Shown piece by piece: positions 1-31,900 of a stretch of DNA of 64,000 nucleotides (positions within the stretch are counted from its first letter, which is position 1; every line of letters begins with the position of its first letter). A program made the position numbers and the translations under genes. The notes under the pieces were generated by a model. That model saw nothing but the letters and a program-made list of their open reading frames with translations, ran no database searches and was not told where the DNA came from. The stretch is from Phoronis australis (lineage: Eukaryota; Animalia; Phoronida): NCBI GenBank assembly GCA_002633005.1, contig NMRA01000623.1, positions 124,001 through 188,000 on the forward strand, in the 5' to 3' direction.

Positions 1-34
1 AAAGTAATAATAAATCGTGACTACTTTATGTTCA

Positions 35-18776
<18,742 letters not shown>

Positions 18777-20874
18777 TTAGGATATCAATAGGTAATAATA
18801 CCTTTTGGCAGACCCTGACTTTGAGAACGAGGCAATCACTGAATTACTTGTATGAAACTAAAGTCAAGGAGTGCACAGAGGGAGTAGTGTCGTATCTTGT
18901 TGTGTCTCATCTCTTAAATCTCTGCGGTTATTTGATGTAGTCCTCGGATATAGTAGGTCTGTGGGTAAAAGTCTACTGGTATACGAAGTTCTGATCAATC
19001 AGTCATCAGCGCATTAAACTGCACAGGGCCCATAGAAAGAGAGGGCAAGTGATGAAGTACACTGCATTAAAGCAGCTATCAACACGGGTACCATCCAAGA
19101 ATCAAACTTTTGATTTAGACCACTATAAAATTGGTCTCAACTTGTTCCTTGCCCAGATGAGTAGTGAATTCTGTGTTTTCGAAGCACTAATAGTTTGATG
19201 GGCCAAACAAAGCACGATTGGTTCTGGTTTGAGGTGTTTCGAAAATTGAGTTACTGGTATTTACTGGTAATGTATTTTTTGTTGTAGTTAACATTTTCAA
19301 AAAAGAAAATCCACCCGAGACAAGTTTCAGTTGAGGGGAGGGTTAACAGCAGCAGTGCGCGTGTGTTCGAAAAGTCTAACTTCTTCCTATCGCCATTGGT
19401 GATAGGAAACGTGGAAGTGGTGACACAGTATATAGCATGTTGTCAAGTACACATCAAAAACAGCCCTTTAGAATAGCAGATTTAGCCAGCAATGTGATTC
19501 TGTTACCCTCAGAACAGTGTGCGATAAATAGTTTCACAGCCAACACCGCAATGTCCCACAACGACTGCCGGAAAGAGTATGACTGCAATGCATGCCCATG
19601 TGACACCGGTACCCAAGCGTATTAGATACTAAAATTAATACTTTCCATGATTTGCCAACATAACATCGGTTTTGAGCCCTGATATCGTAAACTTTTGCAC
19701 GATTGCTTTTCAAAGTTTCTCAGTCAACTTTGGCATTGCTCCCTGATGTAGTGACTGAGTCAATATACATAATGCCATACATGGAAAAAAGAGGTCATTC
19801 GCTGTTTCACAAGACCTTTTAATGCCAGTCTCCAACTTTGGAATAGATTAAACAAGAACAGGAATTGGATCTTAAAGCTGTGATGATTCTTTTTATAAAC
19901 TTGTTGAGGTACAAAATGAAGCACACATGCACACCGCAAGTCGTAGAAGTCACGGCAAGTGTCGCATTATTTAGCACAGCCACGATGGCAATCACTGTCA
20001 AGATTTCATTTTGTGTCTCAGCAAGTTTCTCGTTGCAGTTTTAAGAACCAATTTCTAGCCTTGTGTTGTCAAGGTTGCAGACAGGCATGCCAGGGTCTCG
20101 TGAAAATATGTACTGGGTCTATTTTTCCATAAATGGCATTATGCAGATTGACTCGCTACAGCAGGGAGCAACGTCAAAATTTACAGTCAACTAACAATGT
20201 TATGACTCATTACCCAGATTTGGCAGGCAATAACGTGATATAGGGGCTCAAAAACGATGCAAAAATAACGTCAACTCCAATTTTAACTACAGTTGCATGG
20301 TTCGTAGTTTTCCACACAAAGTTCAAAGCATTCCATATGATAACCTATAAAAATTTGAAAGCAGACAATATGTGTTAGCAGACAACCTGCGACAGTCGCA
20401 TAAATGCAATGTTGACAAGGCATCAAAAGTAGCAGTTCAATATTCAGTGCACTTGGGTACAGGGGAACCTTGACTACAGCACTTGCCTTGTGAGGAGTAA
20501 GTAGTTGACCTAATATTTGAGAAATGTGTCACTGGGTCATGGATCATCTACTATTCGCGGGCAGTCGCTGCAGCCAGATTTTCTTACACAGGTCAGATAC
20601 ACCTAGCGGTCCTTGATTTAGAGTTCCAGTTTCATCATTCAGTGATTGCTTGGTGCTCTACATCAGGAACAGCTACATCCAACCACTGTGAACAAGTACT
20701 AGTAATAAAAATACTGCACTACTGACTCAACTTTCAACACAAACTTGAGCCAACTTTGCTTTGTATTTTGGACACATCAGTTAACCTCCTGCAAAGGTCC
20801 CATCAGTCACTACGACACTAGTGTCAGTGAACACTGGCAAGCAACAGTCCTCCATAGCACTAAACAGTACTGTT

Positions 20875-21286
20875 GTAGCCTAAACTGGTGCCTAGGCCAA
20901 ACTCATTTGGTGCACTTCAATTTGATGCAGATTGGTGAGCCAAACTGATGTCTGCGCCAAACTGAAGCTACCATAAGTTCCCAAATTACTTCCAGTGGTT
21001 TATGGATTTTTAACGCTTATTAGAACCAGACAACAATGAGTTCTCACCAAAGCAGGTCATATGAATTAATCTCATGGGGGAACTGTCCTGAGAAACCCTA
21101 TGCACCACCCCACACTCACTCTCATCTATTTCAGTTCTGATAACCGTTAAAAAAATGTAAATCACTGACTGTAATTTAGGAGAATACGGTAGCTTCTGCT
21201 TGGCACAGGCGAAAGTTTGGCTTACCATCCCATGTCAAACTGAAATGCATCAAATCAGTTTGGCGCAGGCACCAAATTGGGCTGCA
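20875..21286. mobile_element. MITE-like element with ~45-bp inverted termini
   Basis: tggtgcctaggccaaactcatttggtgcacttcaatttga pairs with tcaaactgaaatgcatcaaatcagtttggcgcaggcacca. Confidence 0.7.
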
Positions 21287-21292
21287 GTGCAA

Positions 21293-21692
21293 CAGCACCA
21301 TCGTCTCAACTGGCCGCAGTAGAAACAGTGGCAATCCCATAGACCCTCCATACACCCTAAGCTTTTCAGCAAATTATGCCTCACGTGAGGTAAAGGATAT
21401 GCGCGAGCAATGTAAAAAATGGCCAGTTGCTGATTTGGGTAACTGAACGAAGAACTGTTAGAAAAAAGTTTGATTGCGTGGGTATTTGTTCGAGCCAGAA
21501 CAATTAAAGGCAATAACAGCCTCCTATGTGCTTAAGGTATTTTACAGAAACGTGACTTTGATGGTTTAATCAGTGTGAGAAATAATTTGGCGAAAACCTT
21601 CCAGCCTATGGAGGGCCTTTGGAATGGCCAGAGCAGAAGGCGCAGAACAGAATCTCTAATTAGTAATGGGGCCAGTTGAGACGGTGGTACTG
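21293..21692. mobile_element. MITE with CAGY termini (Tc1/mariner-like)
   Basis: cagcaccatcgtctcaactggcc ... ggccagttgagacggtggtactg, plus an inner inverted pair (ccctccata/tatggaggg). Confidence 0.8.
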
Positions 21693-22029
21693 TCTACCAC
21701 TTCCAGTGCAGGCTTTTTTGGCTGTCAATGGCATAGCAGGCTAAAACATGGTCAGTGACATCAAATGATGACTGATCCATAAATGTTCTCACAAATGCAA
21801 TGTCAGTAGCAGCATGGCCGTGAAGCGGAGGAAGTGCTTCCTGATTCTTGAGCTTGCCGTCGATTCCAAAACTTTCAAGATCGCTCACGGGTTTTCATTA
21901 AAACGTTTACTTAAGTCTAAGCGTTGCGATTACATGCTACATAGACGGAACAGGTTATTAAAGGAAAGCAGACATTTCACCCATTTTTGAAAATGCAAAT
22001 CATATGAAAATATTTTTTAGAAATAATAC

Positions 22030-22150
22030 ACACCCTTGGTTAATATGGCTGCCCTTGTCAAAACTTCCTCGTCGGTGTCGACCTCTATCGGAAAGAGCTT
22101 CGATGTCGCCAGCGACACCTATCCGAAACGGAAAATCAACAAAAATGGCG
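22030..22150 (+). promoter_or_regulatory. Probable shared RNF168/CYFIP promoter region with YY1-type motifs
   Basis: CpG-richer stretch; aatatggctgcc (~22042) and aaaatggcg over the RNF168 ATG; the two genes are divergent. Confidence 0.4.
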
Positions 22151-25100
22151 ACCACCTCCTCTGGGAAGTTGTCGTTGAAAGATTGTATGTGTCCAGTATG
22201 CCTATGTATTCTAATCGATCCTGTGACAATGCCTTGCACGCATGAACTGTGTATGGACTGTTTCAAGGAAAATGTTCAAAAAACGAGTTTGCGTTGCCCA
22301 ATGTGCAGATTGCGCATATCGACTTGGGCTCGTAGAGCTGCGCGCGAAAACAAATTGGTGAACGTAAAAAGGTGGAAAGAAATACGCGAAACATTTCCAG
22401 AATATGTCGATAAGAGAATGGCTGGTATTGATGAGCCAATAGATGAAGGTGAGCCTAAATAAGGGAGACATTCCCATTCCATATCAGTTCGACAGTGTCT
22501 GGCACTGGTTAGCCAATAGAGCACTACAACTCAAGTGTTCGTTAGATACCAAACCCTGTTTTGGCCTATTAACAGACATGCAAAACGACTTTCCTATCCA
22601 AATCTCTGAAACAGAATAATGCTCTGTTATCCTCAGCAACCCTCAAAATCTTGGAGTAAAACTTTTTAACTCCTATCAAATCAAAGTCTGTTGGGCAAGA
22701 GTGACCTCCGCTTTAAGAGAGTTACTTGGCAACTGCATGGAAGACCACCCACCAAGAACCATAATACCCAATCTGTGACTCAGAGAGTCTGAGTTTTCAG
22801 TTGAATCCTGCTTGCCTTACTCAAGTGGGAAGCTGTTGATATATTAGTAGGTGACAGAATAAGGATTGTTTAAATTCATCGGAACAGTGTTCAATATCCT
22901 TTTAAACACTATTAGCAATAGCCTACCCATGATCAACAATGTACTCATGTTGACACTCGTGTGGTATTTGTTGAATAGTCAACTATGTTACGGTCTTACC
23001 TGTTACATTGAATTCCGATAAAGTCTCACACGAAATCAGCCTGCATTGTGTGTGTACCATCTTGTTTACTGCACTGCTGGTGCACAAAATCATGCTTTTT
23101 TGAATATGGGTAACAACTAGTAGAAGTAGTAGAGGGAGATAATGACTGGGAAATGTCCACTTTTGAAGATTCAGGGATCTGGTGCTCCTAACAATCAAAT
23201 TAGTAATTGTCTGGAAATCACTGCAACTTTTCGAAACGTGATTTTGGAACCGTGTAGGGTGTAGATCGTGGGTAAATAGTTTCGTGAGCCAAATGAGTTG
23301 TCTTCAAAGCTCTATCGCTTGTAAAATTTTAGTATCTTGATCGATTTTCTCTTGGTGGCACCATTCAAAAGCCCAGCAAAAACGTTTATTGCATTGAGTA
23401 AGCTAAGCTTTTACAGAAATACCACAGAATTTAATGTGAGCAGGTGTCGAAAAATGGGTACATACCATAGAACAGTCTCTTCACATCACCTCTGTTTCAG
23501 CTTGCTATGTGATACGCAATTCTACTGTCATAAAAAAGCAAAATAAAACTTCATTTATGGTTACTGCGGCATTAAAGAGCATTATTTTTTGTCAAAGTAT
23601 TCTTCATAATTTTCATGTTAGATTGTGCACATTTTTATTATGTAAATTTTCAAATCTCTAAAGCTATTTACTGGATACTCTTGCAGACACTTCCCAAACA
23701 GCAAACCAACAACTATCAAAGCCTGGAGAGATAAGAGAAGAATATGAGAAAGAGTTGAAGAGAGTGAGTAGACTGGCAATACAATGACTTCACCTTATAG
23801 TGCAGTTGTACCTAACGAGTGTCTTTAAAATAGTGGTGCCAAGGTTTTAAGTGTGTTTTTATGTTAACATGTTTGCCAGTAAGCAAGCAGTGTTCTATAT
23901 TCCTAAATGACTTTATCTGTTATATTGCATGTGCAGCTAAGAGAACAGAGAGAGTTAGAGAAGCAGCGAGAAGAGGAAGAGAGTGCTAGGGTGTTACAGG
24001 CTCTTCAGGAGGAGGAGGAGAGAATGAGGGAGGCTAGTGAGCACGAGGCGGAAGTACAACGACGAGCAGATGAGTTACTGGCTCAGACTCTCAGTCAACA
24101 GTTTATGAAGGTGACGTGTCTCTTAAACCTAACTTGTCTGGGCTGTTTTCCTGTCAGCTGTGTCAACAGACTGAGTAGAAACATTGCCCTCTAAAGGATG
24201 AGTGAATAATTTCAGTTTAGAGCAAAATGTGTGTTTGACGTTTTGTACATCATAATAATTTTTGTTCGATTCAAAAGATTCCTCTGGCAAATTGTTCCAT
24301 TTCTGGAGGTAGCAGAGAGTTAGGTGCAATGTAGCTGCTCAGGAACAAATCTTGCTATTGCTTGTTGATTTCTGGTTTTGTACTATTGTTTAGTTACAGT
24401 CAATTGTCCGTTCATTCTACTGTTCTCTAATTCATTGGTTTTACATTTGCAGCAAGAAGAAACGCCAGATATTACTGTATTACATCAACAATGTCTTAAA
24501 AAAATGCAACAAAGTGAGACGCCAAAAACAGGGAACATTGAAAAGTTCTTCAGGCCACAGAAGATCATTCATACTGTGTTGCACCCAGAGCCCAGCTCGA
24601 GTGTTGATGTGAAGACAGAGAGACCTCAGAGAACTGTTGTAATAAAGACAGAGACTCTTACACAGACTGGAGCTTTCAGTTGTGCATCGCCATCTACTTT
24701 TCCTGATAAAGAACATGCGTTGGCAAATGAAGACATGAAAGGGCCCTCAAAATTTTCTTCCGTCAAAAATGAGGACTCAGACAGAGTAGACAAGTGTGTT
24801 AGTCACAAAAGTGTCACAGTTGCGCGTAGTGGTAGCACCCACAGTGAAGATAGCATCTCGCAAGAACTGGTGCACTTCCGGCCAATCAAAGCATGCCCCA
24901 AAACACCACCCAGACCAACTGCTAACGGCAAGTTGGTTCATGTTCCCATCGTTCTGTGTACCCCTCTGAACCGCTCCAGGGCCCAGGCCAACAAATCAGA
25001 CCAGGAAGAACCCGCTTCTGTGCTGGAGTCCAACACAAGCCCTATTGTTGCCCGAAGTCTTGTAGCTCTGTCCAATGAGAAGAAGGCTCGAGTGAAACGC

Positions 25101-26144
25101 TGTTCCAAGAGCACATCTACCATGTCTAAGACAGCCATGAAAGCGTTAACATTCTGTGGTAAAAACTCAGGAGGTGATTGCTCAATTATGTCGATTGCCA
25201 GTGATGATGCTATGCCCGGCTCTCCACTTGTATCCTCTGACAGTGGTGCAAGGTCAGTCTCCCCTGATGGAAGTCTAGAAAGATGTCATTCTTCCATTGT
25301 GATTTCAAGTGAAGATGAAAGGAATGGAAAACGTTCGAGTTCTCCTTCACTGCAGATTGTAAAACTGGGCTCTGCTGGCAGCAACGATAACCTGCCAACT
25401 ACATCCAGGCATCACCAGGGTTCTTCCAATCAGAAAAGGCTCATTTCACAGCGGAGTGTGGAACTGGGCACTGCTGGCAGCAACGATGACCTGCCAACTA
25501 CGTCCAGGCATCACCAGGGTTCTTCCAATCAGAAAAGGCTCGTGTGTAAAAATAGGTTAAAGAAAAGGTCGCGACAACTGAAACAGAATGGCCAGTCATC
25601 CATAGTGGCTTTTTTTGGCAGAGCTAAAAGAAATGTGGAGCTGGATGTTGATGAAGGTGAAGGCCGTCATAGAAAACTTCTCAAACTGGAAAGTTCCGTC
25701 GAACATGGGATTGAGGCATCAAGAGCAGTGAGCACTTCGTCAGAAAGTGAGAGGACAATTCAGCGGAGTCCTGTCAAAGTTATACGGAAAATTCGGGCAA
25801 GAAAGGTTAATTATTTAAAGGATGACTTACCTGCTTCAGCATCATGTAGTTCTGCTAAATATCTGGATGTAGGAAGCTGTAAAAATAGACTTGCTAAAGG
25901 TGGAAGTGAAGACTCTGATTTAGACAGTGACACTGCTATAGAAAATGTGAAAACAGACTCTGAAAATGACAACTTGGACAGGGAAGAGCAGGACAGACAA
26001 CTGGCTCACAGATTACAACTACAGTTCGACTTGGAGGCCAAGTGTAGACATATGAGTATGCTGAAAACAAGAGGCTCTTCGGACGATTATCAATTTAGGC
26101 CACGTAGACACAATGCAAGTTTTGCTGATATGTTGAGAAAATGA
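22145..26144 (+). CDS. RNF168: E3 ubiquitin ligase RNF168-like (RING, LRM/MIU modules), 4 exons, ~748 aa
   Basis: Exons 22145-22448 (RING: CMCPVCLCILIDPVTMPCTHELC..CPMCRLRISTWAR..LVN..W), 23687-23763 (LSKPGEIREEYE, LRM1), 23937-24110 (coiled coil, DELLAQTL MIU-like) and 24453-26144 (EEQDRQLAHRLQ MIU2; RGSSDDYQFR LRM2). Phases are consistent. Confidence 0.92.
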
Positions 26145-26439
26145 TAGTTACTTATTGAGCAGTGTATCGCACTGTGGGATAACCAGTTCAATTACATTGT
26201 GCCAGTCAATATATGCTTGAAATATTTTTGAGCAGAGATTAATTGTTTTCATTTTATGTGTCCTTGTACATGTATGCGGCTGCATAGTGTAGTTATCTCC
26301 ATCTGGTGTCTGTAGGTGTATCTCATAAACCTGTTGGACCATCTTCATGGACTTTGGCGGTTGTCTTTTGGTCAACATGATGGCAGATGAAGCCACTTTT
26401 CAGACTAATTTTAATACTGTTGTGCTAACTAGCGGCAAT

Positions 26440-27075
26440 TTATTTTTTATGTTTGCTTTTGTCTGCCAAGTCCCCCGATGGATCTTTACGAAACGTGGCA
26501 GATACGTTTGTATCAAGGACGGAATGTCATTTTACTTGGCAATTTTTGAGTGACTGTCATGTTGTGGGCCCCCTAGTGGCAATCTTAGTATTTTGTGTCC
26601 TTTTTGACATCCACCTCTTTATCAGCAAAGTGGTTTGAATGATCATCACGAAATTTGATGGACATGCTTCTTTTGAAGAAAGTATGGCTGTCATTTATTT
26701 TCCGTGCCCCCTAGTGTGTTTATTAAAGAATTCTGGAATTTAGCGGGCGTGATTTTGAAAATGGCTCATGTAGACTTTTGGGCAGATGCAACTATGCTTG
26801 TGCCCCTTGAGGGCAATTTCACCTGTTTGTGTCTGCCGCAGTAACTCCATAAAATTTGACAGATGTGCGTTTATGAAGATTGCACCGCACCTCCTCATTT
26901 TTGCCTAGCTCCACCATGTTCTGCCCTTGTATTTTGTCATCCAGCTTTTCTTCCTGCCCAATGGTTTGGAGAATTACGAAAATTGATGAAGTTTCTATCG
27001 ATGTAAACGTGGTTGACGTTGATTTTTTGTTTCAGTTACCACCACGCTCCCTGGTGGCAGTTTTAGTCTACTTAC
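26440..27075 (-). mobile_element. Degenerate Helentron/HINE-type tandem-repeat element
   Basis: ~140-bp-period units with acgaaatttg..agat and gccccctagtggc motifs, related to 54200-55365. Confidence 0.6.
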
Positions 27076-28255
27076 TTGTTAGACAAGATTTTATCCAGGA
27101 GAGAACAGCACTTGCCATTTTAGGACTTGTGCTGTGCTTCCTAGTGTCAATTTTCAGTAATCATCTTTGGTATACAACTACCTGGCAGCCAAACCCAATG
27201 GAAGAATAATCATGATGGCAAATGAGTTTCCATTAAGTTGAAGCATGGTCGGCATTAATTATTGAATAGATTCGATTCGACTGCTGCAGTGCCTTTTGCT
27301 GGTAATTTTTTTTCATATGTACTAGAATTTATTTTGTCATTTTTCAAATGACAAGCAATGCTCCCCACAGATTTAATTTTAAGTTTACTGGATAAGTGGT
27401 TCATAAGAGTGTTGAATTGTTTGTATCTTTGCCAATTGAGATGCACGTGGTGGGCACCTATCAGTACTTTGTTTTGCTCGTTTTGTCGTGGTGTTAACTT
27501 GGGCTATGTGAAAAATGTTCATACACACTAACAGTGAATAATATAAGCATGCTGAATCGGGTTTGTTTGCGTGATAAAATTTCGCAGGTTAAATCGAATA
27601 CGTTTTGATTGTTGCAATCTGAGAATTTTTTGTGACAATTAAGCAATTTCTAGCAACAAAAACGCCCCAACAATGAAAAGTACGGTTAAATAAATAAAAA
27701 ACATTTTACTGACTAACCCAGAGTTCATTACAGAATTTTCAGAGACCTTACTCTGGTTAAACTAATGGCCACTTCAAAAAATGTGCGGCCATTAAGCACT
27801 AATCATTTCTATTTGTAAATTAAAATTTGTTATGTTGAAAATTTGTTTTCGTGAAGGCCACAGGGCCTGAAACTGCATAAAACTCCTTGACAAGGTTTGT
27901 AAATAGTGTGTAAATGCCATATAGATTAGTTCTGAGCCCGGGGTCAAGGTATAATCAGGGTTTTTGAGATAATGGGCAAACACCTGGACAGGATGACACT
28001 AAGCTACACGTCGCCATGTAACAGGCTGACACCTGTAAAGGATGGCACTATGCAACAAAATGTCGCCGCATAAAAACCATTGTGATGCAGAACAGAGAAC
28101 TTTGTGATGTCATAAGTTAAATACAAAAATGAAAATGATCAAAAAACAAAATCTCTCAAAAAGTCGTAGGAAATGCTATGATTTATGATTTGGTCTTTAA
28201 TATAATTTTTGAGCTGTTAAGAACAGCAATATGAACGTACTATAAAAACAAAATA

Positions 28256-28382
28256 CAGTAAAACTTGAATAAGTTGAATCTAATAGACCACAAGATTTCA
28301 TCGAAGAATAACCACACTGCGGAACTTGGTCGGAATTAAGTGAAAATACGACTTACTCGTCCAACTTACATGATGTTTACTG
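28256..28382. mobile_element. Short Tc1/mariner-type MITE
   Basis: TA|cagtaaaac ... gtttactg|TA. Confidence 0.6.
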
Positions 28383-28948
28383 TATTTTATTTTAAACCGT
28401 TCATTTGTTTATTTGTGTTGAGCTTTTTCTTGTAGACACAGTTTACAGTTCCTTATGGTCGTGCAGATGTGTGAGTCATCTTCGGTGCTAGTTAGCTCTC
28501 AGTAAACCATCATTTTTAATGAAAAGACCACAGAATCTTCCACCAATTTTCATATTTAATTGTTCAGTGTGTAGCTAAAGTTGTATTACATCAAGCCTGG
28601 GAGCAACAAAGGTTGTACTGTTAAGGATGAATAAGATTGTCACTAAAAAATTCTCCTGTTCAGTGAATTACTTAAACTAGAGCAGTTTTCAAAATGCAGA
28701 TATCGATCTGGTCTATTGTCAAGTGTTGTCAGCAGTCCTGTTCAGCATCACACACCAACACTGACATGCATATCGCTTCGCATAATGGCTCATACGCTAA
28801 TTGTCCTGATTCACACAAAAGGAACATTAGATCAGTGTTCGTGACAATGCCGTGGCTTGGTGCTGGCAGTTCTTGTATTTGTCTATTAACAAAGAACATG
28901 TTACTGTGCAACGGACATCCTTCTGATCCTTTTTATCCACAACTTAAT

Positions 28949-31900
28949 CTAGTCGTCTGGCTCACAATCCACAAAGCTCGACAACATGGCATTCAACTCA
29001 CTACTTTGGATAGGTTCACATTCTGTTTGTTCACTCACTTCTACACTAGCATCGCTGCCTTTACTTGCAATAGTACTAGACATTTCAACAGATTTCACGA
29101 AGTTAGTATTAGATTCTGATCTTGGTGATACTTCGGCCAACTCACTTGTTGCTTTCAGTTCACAACTTGCTTCTACCGACTTGTTAGATTCAATGTTAGA
29201 AAGTTCAACAGGTCCCTCCCTCTGTTGGTTAGTTATGTTGACCTTAACTTTATCAATATCCTGCTGGAATGTAACCAACGATGGAACTGGATCAGTATCA
29301 GAAATCACAGCCCGGATATCCGTGAAGTCAGAGCCCTCCACTTGGGGCATAGAGAGTGCAACATTTTCATTCATAACCACCACTGATGGAACTTGTCCAA
29401 CATGTTTGTTCCTTTCTACTGTTGACGACTGTGCACTGCTATCCTCACTACACATTGGGCTACTGACCATCGGCCCTGGTACACCAGATGGCACTGGATG
29501 CATTATGTATCGACAAGCTGCGATGGCCTGTCGGCATGTGCTGGTCACCTGTGAACAGCAATTGGCAATACATAATTAATATGTAAACAAATAAACATGT
29601 AAAAAAGCATATGTAAGGTTTTTGTAAGATTAACACCTTAATTTCAAAGGAATGGTGTCCTGTAAACTTTCTTCAAATGCAAACAAGAACATTTACTAAA
29701 ATTTACACTGACCAAATGCTCGGAATGTTGCCACTGATTGGTTGAACTCATCTGCTCAATACAAACTGTTAATAGTAAGAGTAAAAATTTCGTTACTCCT
29801 TAGTTTTTTGAAACTTGGCGAATTAAAAATTCACTGTTCCATCATAATGGGTTTTAAATTGATGAAGCTTAGCTGAACTATTCTAACAAATTGTCTTCAG
29901 AACTTGCTCACGAGTACTAGACAAATACAGGAAACTAGTCATAGTCAGACCAGTATACCACTCACCAACAAAAAAACTTTAATCCACAATTCTGAAATAT
30001 TTTTGGAGCCATACTCTAGATTACACATTGCAGGACAGGCTGCAGAAAGCCAAGTGTTCCCAGCTGCCGTCTTACTTACATCGACATCAGTATTATTCAG
30101 GCCTCGGCTGAACAGCACCAGGATCATGTCAGTGGGTAAAGTCACAGACGGTGGAACAGTCAGTACCTGCGCCAGCAACACATTGTACAACTCGTTCACA
30201 CACACATGGTCACTGTACGGGGCTGGGGGGCGGTCTGCGCTTTGCTGGATACTCGGCACTAATTCTAGTGTTACCCTCGACATCTCCTGCAGAAAATTGA
30301 ACTGAGACTAAGAAACACATGACGTGCTGTTTGCTCACACACAAGTTGTAACTGACCCCTTGGCCTCAGCATCATTCAAAAAGCAAGGGTCATAATCTTA
30401 TTAACTCTTCACTGAAGCCACACAAATTATTAACATTTGTTGACAATTCTTAGTAGGAGAAACAATTTAAACGTTATTAGGTGAGAAGAAAAACCTAAGA
30501 ACTGGAGTGAAGGAATCAATGGCTGTGATTCAGTAACTGAACAGACTGAGTTCCAAAGGGCGTCATCAGAGTTTTTATATTTTACTTATTGAATGAGAAT
30601 GCATTTTTATTTTATTTCGTTTGTTGGATAAATTTCGAGAAGGTGTCCTGTTTAGTTGATGACAGAGGACACAATAAGAGCAAAGTACATCATTGCTCTC
30701 TGGCACTTTCTGGGCTAAAATCTATTATTGTAAATTGTAATTTTTCGTACGAAAGCTGACAAGTTAGCGGGAAATGCACCAATACAAGGCGCCCTCAGAT
30801 TGGGAGAGTGAGATTCTTGGAGCGCTTAGAGAGGTGAAGCCACAGGAGAATGGAGATGCAATTGACAGAATGCAACTGTTTGGACATGAGAGAGGCTGTA
30901 GTGTTGATAGCCGGTTGCATGGCCTGGCAATACGAATGTGTAATCAGCAGTTGGTTGGAGTGGTTAGTCAAAGGACATTGTCTGACTTGATGACGTGGAA
31001 AGCCGAGCATCTATGGGTCTGCCCCGAGTGTGACAACGCTGGTACTGCACCCAAGTAACCAAGTATTTTTTGTAATAAACATCAAAAAACACGTATTTAC
31101 GTGGTAGGCTGGGAATACCTTGAGATACCCTAGCCTGGTAATTAGCAACTTATAAGTTCTAAAATAGTTTCAGACAGTGAAAAGTCTTAACTTTATGAAG
31201 TTTTGCATATACTGCTCATAGACCAAACAGATAGGTTCAGGCAAGCTGGTGCTACAAATTACTGACTACATAATGACGATCGTTAAACAAGAGCAAACAG
31301 GTCCAAGGACAAGTTGACGTATTGGATCTGTTTGTATCTTTATGTTCAAGTACCAGTCTACACATTAGATCTGTTCGTATCTTTACGTCCAAGAACATGT
31401 ACAATTATTGCACCTGTTCATATCTTCAGGTCCAAGGACACATCTACATATTGCATCCGTTCGTGTTCAAAAGTTCAAGTACACATCTGCATATTACATC
31501 TGTTCATACCTTTACCTTCAGGTCCTAAAACATGAACAAATGTTGCACCTGTTCTTATCATGTATGCAATTCCATAGTTTGTTTCTCACCTCAAAATGTG
31601 CGTCTTTGATTTGACTAGAACAGCTGTACAAAACTTCCTTTAAACCTTGAAATAAAAACGAAGTATAAACCAAATGACATACCTTTATATATGTACACTT
31701 AACTTCTTAACATAATACATCTTACCATGTAATCACACCTCCTACTTAGCCAACAAGACAACTATAAGCCCACTTATCTATGGCAATGTTTCCTTAATAC
31801 CATGCCTTGAGCAACACATCTGTGCTATGAGGACACATGACCATTGTATCACTAGTCTCAACAAATATTATCATATCTAACGGTGTTTGTGAAAAGCGCA

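Noticed and set aside
22004-22144. N-terminal extension of RNF168 from the upstream ATG
   Set aside because: No recognisable similarity. The ATG at 22145 has strong context and puts the RING at the usual N-terminal position.
28986-29579. 197-aa plus-strand ORF
   Set aside because: Antisense shadow of the last PELP1 exon.
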